Origin: Elusimicrobia bacterium RIFOXYA2_FULL_47_53
GTDB lineage: Bacteria > Elusimicrobiota > Endomicrobiia > Endomicrobiales > XYA2-FULL-47-53
NCBI GenBank assembly: GCA_001800315.1
Contig: MGVE01000009.1
Coordinates: forward strand, 11,295 to 75,294
Reading direction: 5' to 3'
Length of the DNA: 64,000 nt
Part shown: positions 19,615 through 29,299 of the stretch, piece by piece
Position numbering within the stretch: position 1 is the first letter of the stretch
Layout: each line of letters begins with the position of its first letter
Notes under the pieces: generated by a model
What the model was told of the DNA's origin: nothing
What the model saw: the letters and a program-made list of their open reading frames with translations, nothing else
Databases searched by the model: none
Made by a program: the position numbers and the translations under genes

Positions 19615-20367
19615 TCAGAAGTACCAGTGCCAGGCCAGGAACGGATGGAAGACAAACAGTCCTTCAGGGAAAATATCCATGCCGAGTTCCAGGTGTTTGT
19701 GAGACATCATTATTCTTGACACTATTTTTTTGTACTTAAACCCGTAAGCCGCCTGAGCCACAACGAAGGAATCTTTTCCCACCTCATGGCTGATACCGGT
19801 AAAAAAGAAGGTGTCGGCCACCTGGAAGCCCAAGGATGACATCTGGAAGGCTCCCATGACAACCGGGGTTGAAAGCTGGACATTCATGCTTATGGCGGAA
19901 TACTTGCCTCCGCCGAAAATCTTAGTTTTCTCTGTCGCGGCCCTGCTTATTATAAGCCCCACCGAATAATCGTTAAAAACCGGCTTAACGCTATTCCCGT
20001 CGTCAGAAGAAGGAATCGCCCTTAAGGCCAGCATATCTCCGTACATGCCCGAGATGTCCACCTGGGGTATATTCCCGTCAGCGTTAAGAAGTTTAACTTT
20101 TAAATTGAGGCTTCCCCAGGTCAGGGGAAAGAATGTCGGAAAGAAATTGAAACGAATCGCCCCGCGGCGTTTGGTGGGAACCGGAGAAAAATCCTCGTTG
20201 TCCGAGTGCAGGTTGAAGAAAAAGTCTCCCGGGTCGTCCAAAAATTTTAAACCGAGGTCTATCACTTCCTGAGGGACACCGGCGCCTGAATCAGCGGCGC
20301 GGGCCGGAGACAGAAAGGAAGCCGATATAAGAATAGAGAGCAGCAACGCCGTCTTTTTCATTGTCAT
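19615..20367 (-). CDS. Predicted secreted/outer-membrane protein (uncharacterised)
   Basis: The start is moved to the ATG at 20367 (MTMKKTALLLSILISASFLSPARA). C-terminal ...LAWHWYF. Confidence 0.55.
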   Translation of the reverse strand: MTMKKTALLLSILISASFLSPARAADSGAGVPQEVIDLGLKFLDDPGDFFFNLHSDNEDFSPVPTKRRGAIRFNFFPTFFPLTWGSLNLKVKLLNADGNIPQVDISGMYGDMLALRAIPSSDDGNSVKPVFNDYSVGLIISRAATEKTKIFGGGKYSAISMNVQLSTPVVMGAFQMSSLGFQVADTFFFTGISHEVGKDSFVVAQAAYGFKYKKIVSRIMMSHKHLELGMDIFPEGLFVFHPFLAWHWYF

Positions 20368-20409
20368 TATTCTACCAAAGGAAAATGTGCGTGTCAACCG
20401 ACTTTTCAA

Positions 20410-20624
20410 TCCTCAGCTGCTTCACGGGGTTTGACGGTTAAGACCTCACCGGATATGAAAGTCACCCTGAACGAAGTGAAGGGTCTCGTTTTTCATCCAA
20501 CGACGAGATTGCTTCTCTCCCTGCGGGAGATCGCAAGGACGGCGTTTGTGGATTCCGGACAGAACACTTCCGGAATGACGGCCTGTCCGAGATGGTGAGG
20601 CGCATCCTTAACGGAGGATTAGGA
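20410..20624. repeat. Stem-loop module mosaic, locus B
   Basis: Modules at 20461-20507 (GTCACCCTGAACGAAGTGAAGGGTCTCG...ACGACGAG), 20505-20540 (GAGATTGCTTCTCTCCCTGCGGGAGATCGCAAGGAC) and 20547-20580 (TGTGGATTCCGGACAGAACACTTCCGGAATGACG). Confidence 0.9.
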
Positions 20625-21080
20625 TCAATCCTTGTAAATCAACTTATTTATTATGCCGGCCAGAGGCACAAGCAGATAATCCGTCTGCCTGACAGAAATC
20701 CTTCTACCGTCGGGTTTAGACATAATTTCAAGCGCCTCCCTGGTGATGCGCAGAAGCGGAAGCACTATCTCATGAAGCATAAGATATAATATCGTGACGC
20801 TCAGCGACAGCATTATAACTATGTTTACCGCGGCTATAACGGCATAGGTGGAAATAAAACGGGAAACATCGCTGGATACGCCGGCGGGATTTAAACCGTA
20901 ATTCCCGAAACTGGCCTTTGTCATCAGGAACTTAATACCAAGAAGCAGGACCGCCGAGCTCAACAGTATCGCGGCGCTTATCGGCACAAGGGCCTTCACG
21001 AAAAGGCTGCGCAGAACTTTCTTGTCGCTCTCGGTTAGAGCTCTTTTTTTTCTTTTTTCCACGGTGTTTCTGTGGTTCAT
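20625..21080 (-). CDS. Small membrane protein, two TM segments plus a HAMP-like tail (uncharacterised)
   Basis: 151 aa. Basic N-terminus, two hydrophobic helices, then LPLLRITREALEIM..., which resembles the start of a HAMP linker. Confidence 0.45.
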   Translation of the reverse strand: MNHRNTVEKRKKRALTESDKKVLRSLFVKALVPISAAILLSSAVLLLGIKFLMTKASFGNYGLNPAGVSSDVSRFISTYAVIAAVNIVIMLSLSVTILYLMLHEIVLPLLRITREALEIMSKPDGRRISVRQTDYLLVPLAGIINKLIYKD

Positions 21081-21114
21081 TAGTGGCCTATCCTTATAAA
21101 ACGGGTTGCTAAAC

Positions 21115-21969
21115 TTAAATATTGACCAGATAAGTCAGGCCCGCGATAATTCTGTAGTCATAGGAGCGGAACTTCTCTTCACCCAGAGAAAGCCCGAATC
21201 CGAATTTAGTTTTAAGGCTTCCCCTGTTGTACCTGGCCCCTAAATCTAATTCCATCCTTGAACCCGAAGAACCGCTCTGAGCGGTTCCCGCAATGGAGGA
21301 CTGCCCTATACTTGAATATAAAAACTCAGCCAGCAGGCTGACGCTTTCTATTTTTTTGCAGGCAAATTCAGCTCCAATGCCCAGGGAAAGCACATCGCCC
21401 GGGTTTAACTTAACCTGCGAGGAGTCATCCGTGTATTCGGCCGTCAAATCGTATGAAAGGTTGGCATTTACGACGGCCGCCCCGAGATCTCTGCTTAAGG
21501 CCATCAACGGCGTTATATCATAACCCGCCCGGTATTTTTTCTCGCCGAACGGCAAAGCCAGGCTCAGGCCCGCGCCGAATTTATAATCGCCGTCCAGCAG
21601 GCTGATTTTGCCGCCAATTACCTGGTCGGCCAGGTATGCTTTTGAATCGGTGGACGAGGAGCCGCCGGCTTCGCTTTTTGTCGCGGCCGAAACATAGGGC
21701 ATCTGAAGAAATGCCTCAATTCTGTCGGTTACTCCGTACCTGCAGAAAAGCGGAGCGGACAACGAGGAGCTCGTGAGTTTGCTTAACTCGTTTCCGGCAT
21801 CATCAACAAAAATCGTATAGTCATGTCTGTAATTAATGTCCGTGAGTCCCAATTCAATGACATTGGCTCCTATCGTACTGCCGGCCTTTTCTAAAACCAG
21901 CGGCTCTGCCGATATAAACGAAGCTGCGCCGGATAAGAGAACTGCTGTTAACGCTAAAAATTTCTTCAT
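21115..21969 (-). CDS. Predicted outer-membrane beta-barrel protein (uncharacterised)
   Basis: 284 aa. Signal peptide MKKFLALTAVLLSGAASFISA and alternating beta pattern. Confidence 0.55.
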   Translation of the reverse strand: MKKFLALTAVLLSGAASFISAEPLVLEKAGSTIGANVIELGLTDINYRHDYTIFVDDAGNELSKLTSSSLSAPLFCRYGVTDRIEAFLQMPYVSAATKSEAGGSSSTDSKAYLADQVIGGKISLLDGDYKFGAGLSLALPFGEKKYRAGYDITPLMALSRDLGAAVVNANLSYDLTAEYTDDSSQVKLNPGDVLSLGIGAEFACKKIESVSLLAEFLYSSIGQSSIAGTAQSGSSGSRMELDLGARYNRGSLKTKFGFGLSLGEEKFRSYDYRIIAGLTYLVNI

Positions 21970-21986
21970 GCGATTATGCTCCTGAA

Positions 21987-22817
21987 TTACTGTATCTCAT
22001 GCCGCTCGCCTGCCGCGTCAAGATAATAACCCGTATAGTTGCCGACGGAAGCGTTAAATGTAAGGTAAACTCTCGCCACGATCTGGCTCTGGTAGAGAAT
22101 GTCGCCTTCGTGTTTATAAACGCCGCTCGCGTCCTTTGTGTAAGTAAATGTTCCTGAGTAGCCGCCTCCGGTGGAAACGAGCGAAGAGGTGCCCGATTTC
22201 GGAATTCCTATTTGTTGTCCGGCTATGATTGTCTGATCCATGGTAATGCCGGCGAGAGTCTCGGTAAACGATCCGCCCACAGGATCGGCAGAGGTTATGG
22301 TGCCAGACATCGTCTCGGCGCCCGCGGCGTCGCGGACAACATCAAACTCGCCGGACCAGCCGCCGTAAGTATAAGTTGTTGATATCCTGACCCTTATTCT
22401 TCTTATAGCCGTGCCCATAAATATCTGGGAGTCGGAAAGAACGCTGCCCGCGGCGTCCATAAGCTGAATTTTAATGGTTGATGTCACGCCGGTGTACTCT
22501 CTCCAGCCGTCGCCGTCGGTGTCGGCCGGCAATCCGCCCGCGGGGACTCTTGAAATGGATTCCAAAACGGGGGCAGGTATTCCTATCCCGCTTCCCATGG
22601 CGCCCGCCGCCGGGGCTATATTAGCCGACTGCAGCACAAAGGCCGCGGATTGAGCGGCTGCCGTGCTGCTGTCGCCGCTGGTTGTGGCCGCGCCCGCCGA
22701 TGATCCCGAAACCACGCTCGTGCCGACAAGCTTTTCCTTCGTCTTATTGTCACCGCAGGAAACCACCGCGAAAAGAAGCGGGAGAAGCGCAATGAGTGCC
22801 CGGTATTTTTGAAACAT
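21987..22817 (-). CDS. Predicted lipoprotein (uncharacterised)
   Basis: AGGAGG then ATG at 22817. Lipobox LLFAVVSC. Contains a DTDGDGW calcium-binding-like motif. Confidence 0.6.
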   Translation of the reverse strand: MFQKYRALIALLPLLFAVVSCGDNKTKEKLVGTSVVSGSSAGAATTSGDSSTAAAQSAAFVLQSANIAPAAGAMGSGIGIPAPVLESISRVPAGGLPADTDGDGWREYTGVTSTIKIQLMDAAGSVLSDSQIFMGTAIRRIRVRISTTYTYGGWSGEFDVVRDAAGAETMSGTITSADPVGGSFTETLAGITMDQTIIAGQQIGIPKSGTSSLVSTGGGYSGTFTYTKDASGVYKHEGDILYQSQIVARVYLTFNASVGNYTGYYLDAAGERHEIQ

Positions 22818-22912
22818 TATTTTTCCTCCTGCTGCCGTAACATGCAAAACAAAAACCAAACCGCTTTAACGGAATTTCTTAAGCGTTTTGGTTGTTGTCA
22901 TATGGTATTCAT

Positions 22913-24529
22913 TTAATTGTTAACATTATCCGCTGTATCGTTGTTTGAGTTGTCGTCCGATGAAGAGCTGCTGCCGAACTCTCCCATCTGGGTGGCCAGC
23001 TTTTGGGCGACGGCCAGAGCGAGATCCGGAGTAACTACAAGGTCAAGGTTGCCCTTTGCGAGGAAATCAGAACCGTCAAGTTTCCTGCAAAATGTTATCT
23101 CTTCGGCCGCGACCTGCTTCATTATGGTGAAGGGATTGTCTGACGAGGAAAGGAAGCCGCCGAGCGTCAGGATTCCGCCGTTATTGTTTATCGCGTAGGC
23201 CTCGGTGTAAAGCCTTACAAAATTCGTGCTCCCGTCCTTGGTAATTTTCAACTGGGGTGATATGGCCCAGACCCACATCTCGTCTTTATCGTTTCCGTCG
23301 CCGTCGGATCCTTCCTTAAACAGCGCGTTCGCGTCCTCCTGGGCGTCGTAAGCGGCATCAACCTTCCAGCCGTTAATATAGGTATTCATGACAAGCCCGT
23401 CTTCTTCAAGCGCTTTGCCATCCTCTTTAAGGCTGCCCTTTGGTTTCCAGTCTCCGGTAACCTTAAACTCGTCTTCCTGATTGGTCATTCTTACCTCAAC
23501 CATCTGAGGGTGAAGGTCTTTGTCCTTTGAGGCAATAAAACCAGGCCACTCCGTTATCTGCTCGGGAAGGGCCATATTCATTTTAATCTTTATATCCAGA
23601 ATATCCAGGCGCGCCGTGTTGGGAACCGCAAAACCCCAGCCCTGCCTGTTTGAATATACATAATCGCTTCTCTTTGTCAGGTTTAATATCTGAATCGTGC
23701 TGTTGTCCGGCCTTAAAAGGTGCTGTTCAACCCTGACAATGTTCCCGTGCACATCGCGCAGAGTCCTGCCGGAAGAGATATCGGATTCTTTTATTTCATT
23801 TGTTATTTCCCTTGTCACTTCTATGTCGGAACGCATATCGCCGACTATATCGCGCAGCTCCATGCGCAAATCGTTGAGTTCATCTTTTAAATTTTCTTTC
23901 TTCGCCTCTTTTTCTTTGTCCTTTTCCTGCCCCTGGTTTTCCGTGCCGTTGTCTTCCGCCCCTTCGTAACCCTGCCACTCCTGCTCTTCGGCGGCAACTT
24001 CTTCGGCGGTCATGGCCCTGGGCTCGGAGGGTTTGCCTGTGTCATCGGCACTGCTTAACTGCCCCTGGACTACATCAAGATTATTGCTAAAATTAAGGTC
24101 GCTGAAATTAACCTTGCCCTCTATAACGGCAAGAATACCTTCCCATGAAATTATGAACTCCGTTCCGCGCACCGAACAGACCGCCACCGGCGTCTTGACC
24201 TGGAATTTTTTGCCGGCAAGAAGTTTTACTCTGGCTCTTATCTTTCCCGCCAGCATGCTCAGGACGCTGCCGTCGCTGCCGGTAGAAATCTCCATCTCTG
24301 TGTTCTGCCTGACCCATACTCTCGTGTGTTCGTCCACTCTGAGTATGGCCTTGCTGTCCTGCATCGTCTTGATTTTATCTTTTTCCGATAAAAGCATGCC
24401 CTGTTTCGCTTCAGACCATTTCTGGTCGTGAAAAACGGCGGCAGAGCCCGAAAGGTACGAAAGCTTGACCTCCGAGAACGCCATGACCGGCAAAAGCAGC
24501 GCCGCAACTGTTATAAGTATTTTTTTCAT
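22913..24529 (-). CDS. FecR-domain secreted protein with acidic coiled region and large unknown C-terminal domain
   Basis: 538 aa. Signal peptide, FecR-like beta region (KTPVAVCSVRGTEF), an E/K/D-rich stretch, and a Ser/Asp/Asn-rich tail. Confidence 0.6.
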   Translation of the reverse strand: MKKILITVAALLLPVMAFSEVKLSYLSGSAAVFHDQKWSEAKQGMLLSEKDKIKTMQDSKAILRVDEHTRVWVRQNTEMEISTGSDGSVLSMLAGKIRARVKLLAGKKFQVKTPVAVCSVRGTEFIISWEGILAVIEGKVNFSDLNFSNNLDVVQGQLSSADDTGKPSEPRAMTAEEVAAEEQEWQGYEGAEDNGTENQGQEKDKEKEAKKENLKDELNDLRMELRDIVGDMRSDIEVTREITNEIKESDISSGRTLRDVHGNIVRVEQHLLRPDNSTIQILNLTKRSDYVYSNRQGWGFAVPNTARLDILDIKIKMNMALPEQITEWPGFIASKDKDLHPQMVEVRMTNQEDEFKVTGDWKPKGSLKEDGKALEEDGLVMNTYINGWKVDAAYDAQEDANALFKEGSDGDGNDKDEMWVWAISPQLKITKDGSTNFVRLYTEAYAINNNGGILTLGGFLSSSDNPFTIMKQVAAEEITFCRKLDGSDFLAKGNLDLVVTPDLALAVAQKLATQMGEFGSSSSSDDNSNNDTADNVNN

Positions 24530-24567
24530 ATTATTCCTCCGCCTGCTAAGTCTCTTTCCTCAGCCAA

Positions 24568-24596
24568 ATTATAATATATAGGTATAGAGGTGTCAA
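24568..24596 (-). promoter_or_regulatory. Consensus sigma-70 promoter for the FecR-domain operon
   Basis: The minus strand reads TTGACA (24596-24591), N17, TATAAT (24573-24568), about 38 nt upstream of the ATG at 24529. Confidence 0.8.
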
Positions 24597-24663
24597 TAAC
24601 CCGCTGATGTGCTTTTTGACACAGCAAAAACGAACAACCCGCCCGGGAGGTTTCCCGCGCGCC

Positions 24664-25767
24664 TCAGACTATTGATTCGCCGGTAGCTATGTCAAAAATG
24701 TGGATTTTATTGAGGTTTATGACCAGTTCCATAAGCTGGTTTGATTTTGCCTGGTTGTGAGCGTCAACTTTGCATACAATTGTATTTTTTCCGGTATTTA
24801 AATGCAGGAATATCTCGCTGCCCAGCGGTTCAACCACATCAACCGTCGCGCTGATAACATTGCCGTCCTTGTGTCCCAGTGTGTAAAAAAGCTTGTCATA
24901 CATATCTTCGGGCCTTATTCCCAGAAGAACCCTCTGCCCGATGTGGCGGACTATTCTTTCCCTGAACCCTTCCGGCAGTTTAATTTCAAATGTGCCTTCA
25001 TTGAGAAAAATGCTCTCGTCCCTTTTTACCACCTCGGCTTCAACGAAATTCATGGGCGGGCTTCCTACAAAGCCTGCCACAAACTTGTTGCGCGGGTTGT
25101 CGTAGAGTTTCAGGGGGCCGTCCACCTGCTGAATAGCTCCGTCTTTCATTATGCAGATTTTGTCTCCCATAGTCATGGCTTCCGTCTGGTCGTGCGTAAC
25201 ATATATAATGGTGCTCTGAAGGCGCTCATGCAGCTTCTTGAGTTCGGCCCTCATCTGCACCCTTAATTTCGCGTCTAAGTTTGAGAGGGGCTCGTCAAAT
25301 AAAAACACCTTGGGTTTGCGTACTATGGCCCGGCCTACCGCGACCCTCTGGCGCTGGCCGCCCGAAAGCTGTTTGGGCTTTCTCTCAAGCAGGTGCTGAA
25401 TGTTGAGGATCTCCGCCGCCTCTTTTACCCTTGAATCAATTTCATTTTTGCTGTAACCGCGCAGTTTCAGGCCAAAACCCATATTGTCGTAAACCGTCAT
25501 ATGGGGGTAAAGGGCATAATTCTGGAATACCATGGCGATATCCCTGTCTTTGGGAGGCAGGTCGTTGACTTTTCTGTCGCCAATATACACATCCCCGCTG
25601 GTAATCTCTTCAAGTCCCGCGACCATGCGCAGTGTCGTGGTCTTTCCGCAGCCCGAGGGCCCCACCAGTATACAGAACTCCCTGTCAGCTATTTCCATGG
25701 AGAAATCTTTTACAACTTCAATATCTCCGAACTTTTTGCAGATCTTGCTTAACATTACCCGAGCCAT
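24664..25767 (-). CDS. Sugar-type ABC transporter ATP-binding protein (MalK/UgpC/MsmK family), orphan
   Basis: 367 aa. GPSGCGKTT, LSGGQRQRVA and a C-terminal TOBE-like regulatory domain. No permease or binding-protein gene is nearby. Confidence 0.9.
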   Translation of the reverse strand: MARVMLSKICKKFGDIEVVKDFSMEIADREFCILVGPSGCGKTTTLRMVAGLEEITSGDVYIGDRKVNDLPPKDRDIAMVFQNYALYPHMTVYDNMGFGLKLRGYSKNEIDSRVKEAAEILNIQHLLERKPKQLSGGQRQRVAVGRAIVRKPKVFLFDEPLSNLDAKLRVQMRAELKKLHERLQSTIIYVTHDQTEAMTMGDKICIMKDGAIQQVDGPLKLYDNPRNKFVAGFVGSPPMNFVEAEVVKRDESIFLNEGTFEIKLPEGFRERIVRHIGQRVLLGIRPEDMYDKLFYTLGHKDGNVISATVDVVEPLGSEIFLHLNTGKNTIVCKVDAHNQAKSNQLMELVINLNKIHIFDIATGESIV

Positions 25768-25819
25768 GTTTATTATCTCCGGTGAAAAATCAATCAGAAT
25801 TAAAGAAAATGCTTACTGG

Positions 25820-25848
25820 ATTATATACTTTTTGTATGCCTTAGTCAA
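25820..25848 (-). promoter_or_regulatory. Near-consensus sigma-70 promoter for the orphan ABC ATPase
   Basis: The minus strand reads TTGACT (25848-25843), N17, TATAAT (25825-25820). Confidence 0.75.
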
Positions 25849-25903
25849 ACAACGCAGCGGGGCTTTAAGCCGGCCCAAATTGAACCAATTTAAAAAGCCT
25901 TAA

Positions 25904-26274
25904 TAATATCCTGCGAACCCGGAGGATGAGGCAATCTCGTAGTCAAAACGATTCCGTAGTTGCGGAGCTTGCCCTGCGTTTAAGGTAGTAGCGCGGCTTG
26001 TCGCGCGTTCCGTCGGATGCCGCCGTTCCGACACCTGATTTTAACTTTCTTTGGATGCGCAAAGAAAGTTAATAAAGAAACGCACCCCTAAGGCTATTCG
26101 TTTGAAATATTTCGGCACCTGCGGAACTCGCCCGCCAAAAGACCGGCGGACTCAGACAGTCCTCGCTGAAATCCCCGAAATATTTCTCACTCATGGACAG
26201 CCTTAAAGGGGAGCAGAAGGACAAATACTTGAATTATTTGTTTTGCTGCGAAAGCCAGTCTGAATGCGACAACG
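25904..26274. repeat. Stem-loop module mosaic, locus C (mostly inverted relative to locus A)
   Basis: 26031-26081 is the reverse complement of 5868-5918 (AACTTTCTTTG..GCGCAAAGAAAGTTA palindrome). 25950-25985 matches 5933-5970 inverted. Long hairpin at 26104-26186. Confidence 0.85.
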
Positions 26275-27642
26275 CTATTTTGGTTTTTCGCTCAATGATT
26301 TTGAGTATTCCTTTACGCCGTTGCGTCCGTTCGCCTTAACCCAGTAAAGCGCCTGATCGGCGGCCGACAACAGCTCCTCCATTGAAGGGCCGTCGTCAGG
26401 AAAATGGCTTACTCCTATGCTGATAGTGGCTTTGAAAATATCGCTCCCGCGCGAGAATTCCGCTTTTGCCACGGCCGCCCTGATGCTTTCGGCAAGAGCC
26501 AGGGTTTCCCTGGGCGTTATCATATGAAGCAGAATCATGAATTCCTCGCCGCCGTAACGGCCGACAAGGTCGCCGGGCCTCGCTTTGGCGGTAAACAGTT
26601 TAGCGAGAGACGCGAGCACCTCGTCTCCCACCACATGGCCGTAGGTATCGTTGATCTTCTTAAAATGGTCAATATCAAGCATTATTATGGAAAATTTGGT
26701 TTTATACCTTTCGGCCCTCTTTACCTCGGCGTCAAGCCTCTCTAAGAAGTATTCCCTGCGGTGCAGCCCGGTCAGGCCGTCAACGCGCGAGCGGTCTTTG
26801 ACCTCGGCGAAAAGCCTGGTGCGCACTATTCCCAGCGCGATGAGCGGAATAAATATAGCCCCCTCTTCAAGGTAGCGCGAGGAGTAATCCTGTTCAACGG
26901 TAAGAAATATCGCGGCAAGGAATTTTCTGTCCATTTTGACGGGCCAGAAAACCACCGCGTCTTTATCTATCCATTCCGGAGGGACAAGCACCTTAGGTTC
27001 GCTTTCTTTGAAAAATTTGGATTCCTCAACAAACTCCAGCCACTGATTCTTCTGCTCCGGATTTGAGAAAAGCAGCGGCTTCCAGCGGCTTTTTTCCCAG
27101 GAAAATATCGTAATGGTTTTTATGCCGGGCCTGTCAAGCAGTATCCTCTGCAAATGCTCTATGACCTCGCTTGTTTCCATGTGTTCCACCAGTTCCCTGC
27201 CGAGCACATAGAGTTTGTTAATTTTTTCAATCTCTCTTTCAAATTCCTTCCTCTCGCTTTTCAGCCTCGTGACATCGGACTGTAGCTGGGTGAGCCGTTC
27301 AAGAGCGGGGAAATAGCGCCTTCTGAAATCCTGTTCTTCAAGCGTTTTAACCCTCTTGAAATAAAACGGTATCACAACGGTGCCTATCAGAAACACGCAA
27401 AGCGAGGCACTTGTAAGGTTCAAAATAAAACCGCGATCCAGCAACAGCAGGGCCAGGGCGGCGCCGTTTAGAATGACAGCCGCCGACGGCAGGGCGAAAG
27501 AAGCAAACAGGCTGGCCAGAATAAGAAAGTATACCCAGACCTGCCTGAATTCACTTGAAGGCAGAACAAAGTATACCGCTCCGAAAAGCACGGTTATTAA
27601 AAAAACTTTAATGTACCTTAATATTTTATCTTTTGATCCCAT
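26275..27642 (-). CDS. Membrane-bound diguanylate cyclase (GGDEF)
   Basis: 455 aa. Multiple N-terminal TM helices. RPGDLVGRYGGEEF gives GGEEF plus an RxxD I-site at canonical spacing. Confidence 0.9.
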   Translation of the reverse strand: MGSKDKILRYIKVFLITVLFGAVYFVLPSSEFRQVWVYFLILASLFASFALPSAAVILNGAALALLLLDRGFILNLTSASLCVFLIGTVVIPFYFKRVKTLEEQDFRRRYFPALERLTQLQSDVTRLKSERKEFEREIEKINKLYVLGRELVEHMETSEVIEHLQRILLDRPGIKTITIFSWEKSRWKPLLFSNPEQKNQWLEFVEESKFFKESEPKVLVPPEWIDKDAVVFWPVKMDRKFLAAIFLTVEQDYSSRYLEEGAIFIPLIALGIVRTRLFAEVKDRSRVDGLTGLHRREYFLERLDAEVKRAERYKTKFSIIMLDIDHFKKINDTYGHVVGDEVLASLAKLFTAKARPGDLVGRYGGEEFMILLHMITPRETLALAESIRAAVAKAEFSRGSDIFKATISIGVSHFPDDGPSMEELLSAADQALYWVKANGRNGVKEYSKSLSEKPK

Positions 27643-27644
27643 AA

Positions 27645-29021
27645 TTACGCCGATATCACGACTTTGTTTCTTCCGTCGGACTTTGCCCTGTAGAGCGCCT
27701 CGTCCGAAAGGCTCAGAAGTTCTTTGTTGCCCTCTATTTTCTCGGCCAGTTTCGCCACTCCCACGCTGACGGTGATGCGCGCCTGCACGGGCTTAAAGCT
27801 CTCCACGGGCAGGAAAAACTTTTCGGTTTCCACCGCTTTTCTTATTGACTCGCAGACTTTAAAAGCCTCTCTTATGTCGGTCTGCATCATCATCACGGCG
27901 AACTCTTCTCCGCCGTAGCGGCACAGAAAATCGGTTTCTCTGAAGCGGTGCCTCAAAAGGTCCGAGAGCTGCCGCAAAACCGCGTCTCCCGCCATATGGC
28001 CGTAGGTATCGTTGATATCCTTAAAATGGTCTATGTCTATCAGGGCGACGCTCAACTGCAGCTGGTGCCTGTTGGACCTCTGGATTTCTTCGTCTAAGCG
28101 TTCCTTGAAATAGCGCTGGACATAAAGCCCGGTCAACCCGTCGGTTATCGCCAGCTCCTGGGTGCGTTTATACAGAAATACATTGTTAAGCGCCAGAGAG
28201 GCTATGCCGCCCAATATGGAAAGCAGGCGCAGGTCGGCTTCCGAAAATATCTCCGGCTGAGGAGAGGTTCCCTCAAGCATCCCCCACATATCATTTTCTA
28301 TTTCAAGCGGGATGGCGATCATTGACTGAAATTTGGGTTTTTCTATGCTGAACCTGGTGTCTTTGGAAAGATCGCTTATCATAAGCGGCAGTTTCTGCCG
28401 TTTGATATATTTCGCGAAAAGATCCCCCTGCATATTTCTCCTGATTTTCCACGAGCCCCTGCCGATAAACCTTGCCGCGGATTCGGTCAGAAGCGGCAGA
28501 ATTTTTTCTTCCTGAAGCGTTGTGCAGAATATCTGCACCATCTGGCCGAGAGATTTGTAGTCCGATATCTGTTTGGAAAGCCCGATTCTTTTATTCTTTA
28601 TGTCGGACATCTCCGAGACGAAATAAGACAACTTTGTCTCCAGCACCTCCTCCTGCTCGCGCATATTGTTCTGCTTATCCACATATTCCTGCTGATAATT
28701 CTTTATCGCGAAAAATACGCCCCAAAGCCAGACGACTTCCAGAAAATAGATGAGCGGATAGTAGCTCGTATGTGTCAGGACAACGCACATCATGCCTATC
28801 AGCGTCGCCAGGCCGAGCAGGATACTGCCGTAGAGCAGGCCGGAAAAGAGAAACAAAACGGTGAGAATAATCGCGCTAAGCGGAAAAATCAGAATGCCGG
28901 GCTGGGAAGATTTGATGAGGTTGTAAATCCAGACAAGAAAAGCAAAGCCGGAAAGTATGGGAACCGCGAGGCTTTGAATTATTTCAGAAACTACCTGTTC
29001 TTTTATCTCTTTAGAATCCAT
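27645..29021 (-). CDS. Membrane-bound GAF + diguanylate cyclase (GGDEF)
   Basis: N-terminal TM helices, a GAF-like region, and RETDFLCRYGGEEF (GGEEF plus I-site). The first ATG is at 29021; the track start at 29033 is TTG. Confidence 0.88.
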   Translation of the reverse strand: MDSKEIKEQVVSEIIQSLAVPILSGFAFLVWIYNLIKSSQPGILIFPLSAIILTVLFLFSGLLYGSILLGLATLIGMMCVVLTHTSYYPLIYFLEVVWLWGVFFAIKNYQQEYVDKQNNMREQEEVLETKLSYFVSEMSDIKNKRIGLSKQISDYKSLGQMVQIFCTTLQEEKILPLLTESAARFIGRGSWKIRRNMQGDLFAKYIKRQKLPLMISDLSKDTRFSIEKPKFQSMIAIPLEIENDMWGMLEGTSPQPEIFSEADLRLLSILGGIASLALNNVFLYKRTQELAITDGLTGLYVQRYFKERLDEEIQRSNRHQLQLSVALIDIDHFKDINDTYGHMAGDAVLRQLSDLLRHRFRETDFLCRYGGEEFAVMMMQTDIREAFKVCESIRKAVETEKFFLPVESFKPVQARITVSVGVAKLAEKIEGNKELLSLSDEALYRAKSDGRNKVVISA

Positions 29022-29077
29022 ATTTTGAATCAATTAAAAAACATTTTCCGGACTGAGAATTTCGGTTAAACAGGTTC

Positions 29078-29245
29078 TTTAAACCCGAATTTTGCAATAG
29101 AAGCGAGTACCGAGGCGAGCGAGGCCGAGGCTTTTGTGACGGAAAAAGTGAAAGCGATGCAGGGACATCGGTTGAGCTTTTTGCGGATACAAAAGTCCGA
29201 CATCGCTCGACGAATACCGCTCTCTATTGCAAAATTCGGGTTAAA
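29078..29245. repeat. 168-bp long-palindrome intergenic element, copy 2
   Basis: TIRs TTTAAACCCGAATTTTGCAATAG (29078-29100) and CTATTGCAAAATTCGGGTTAAA (29224-29245). Aligns with 588..755. Confidence 0.8.
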
Positions 29246-29299
29246 CTGACTCTATTCTAATCAATAAATATTATATTATCAAGGCATTTCTAAATGTTT

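Noticed and set aside
21040-21056. Homopolymer tracts (A/T runs of 8) inside the 151-aa membrane protein gene and the DUF3800 gene, considered as possible slipped-strand phase-variation switches.
   Set aside because: The runs encode Lys-rich segments in AT-rich genes and are of modest length. There is no population data to show length variation.
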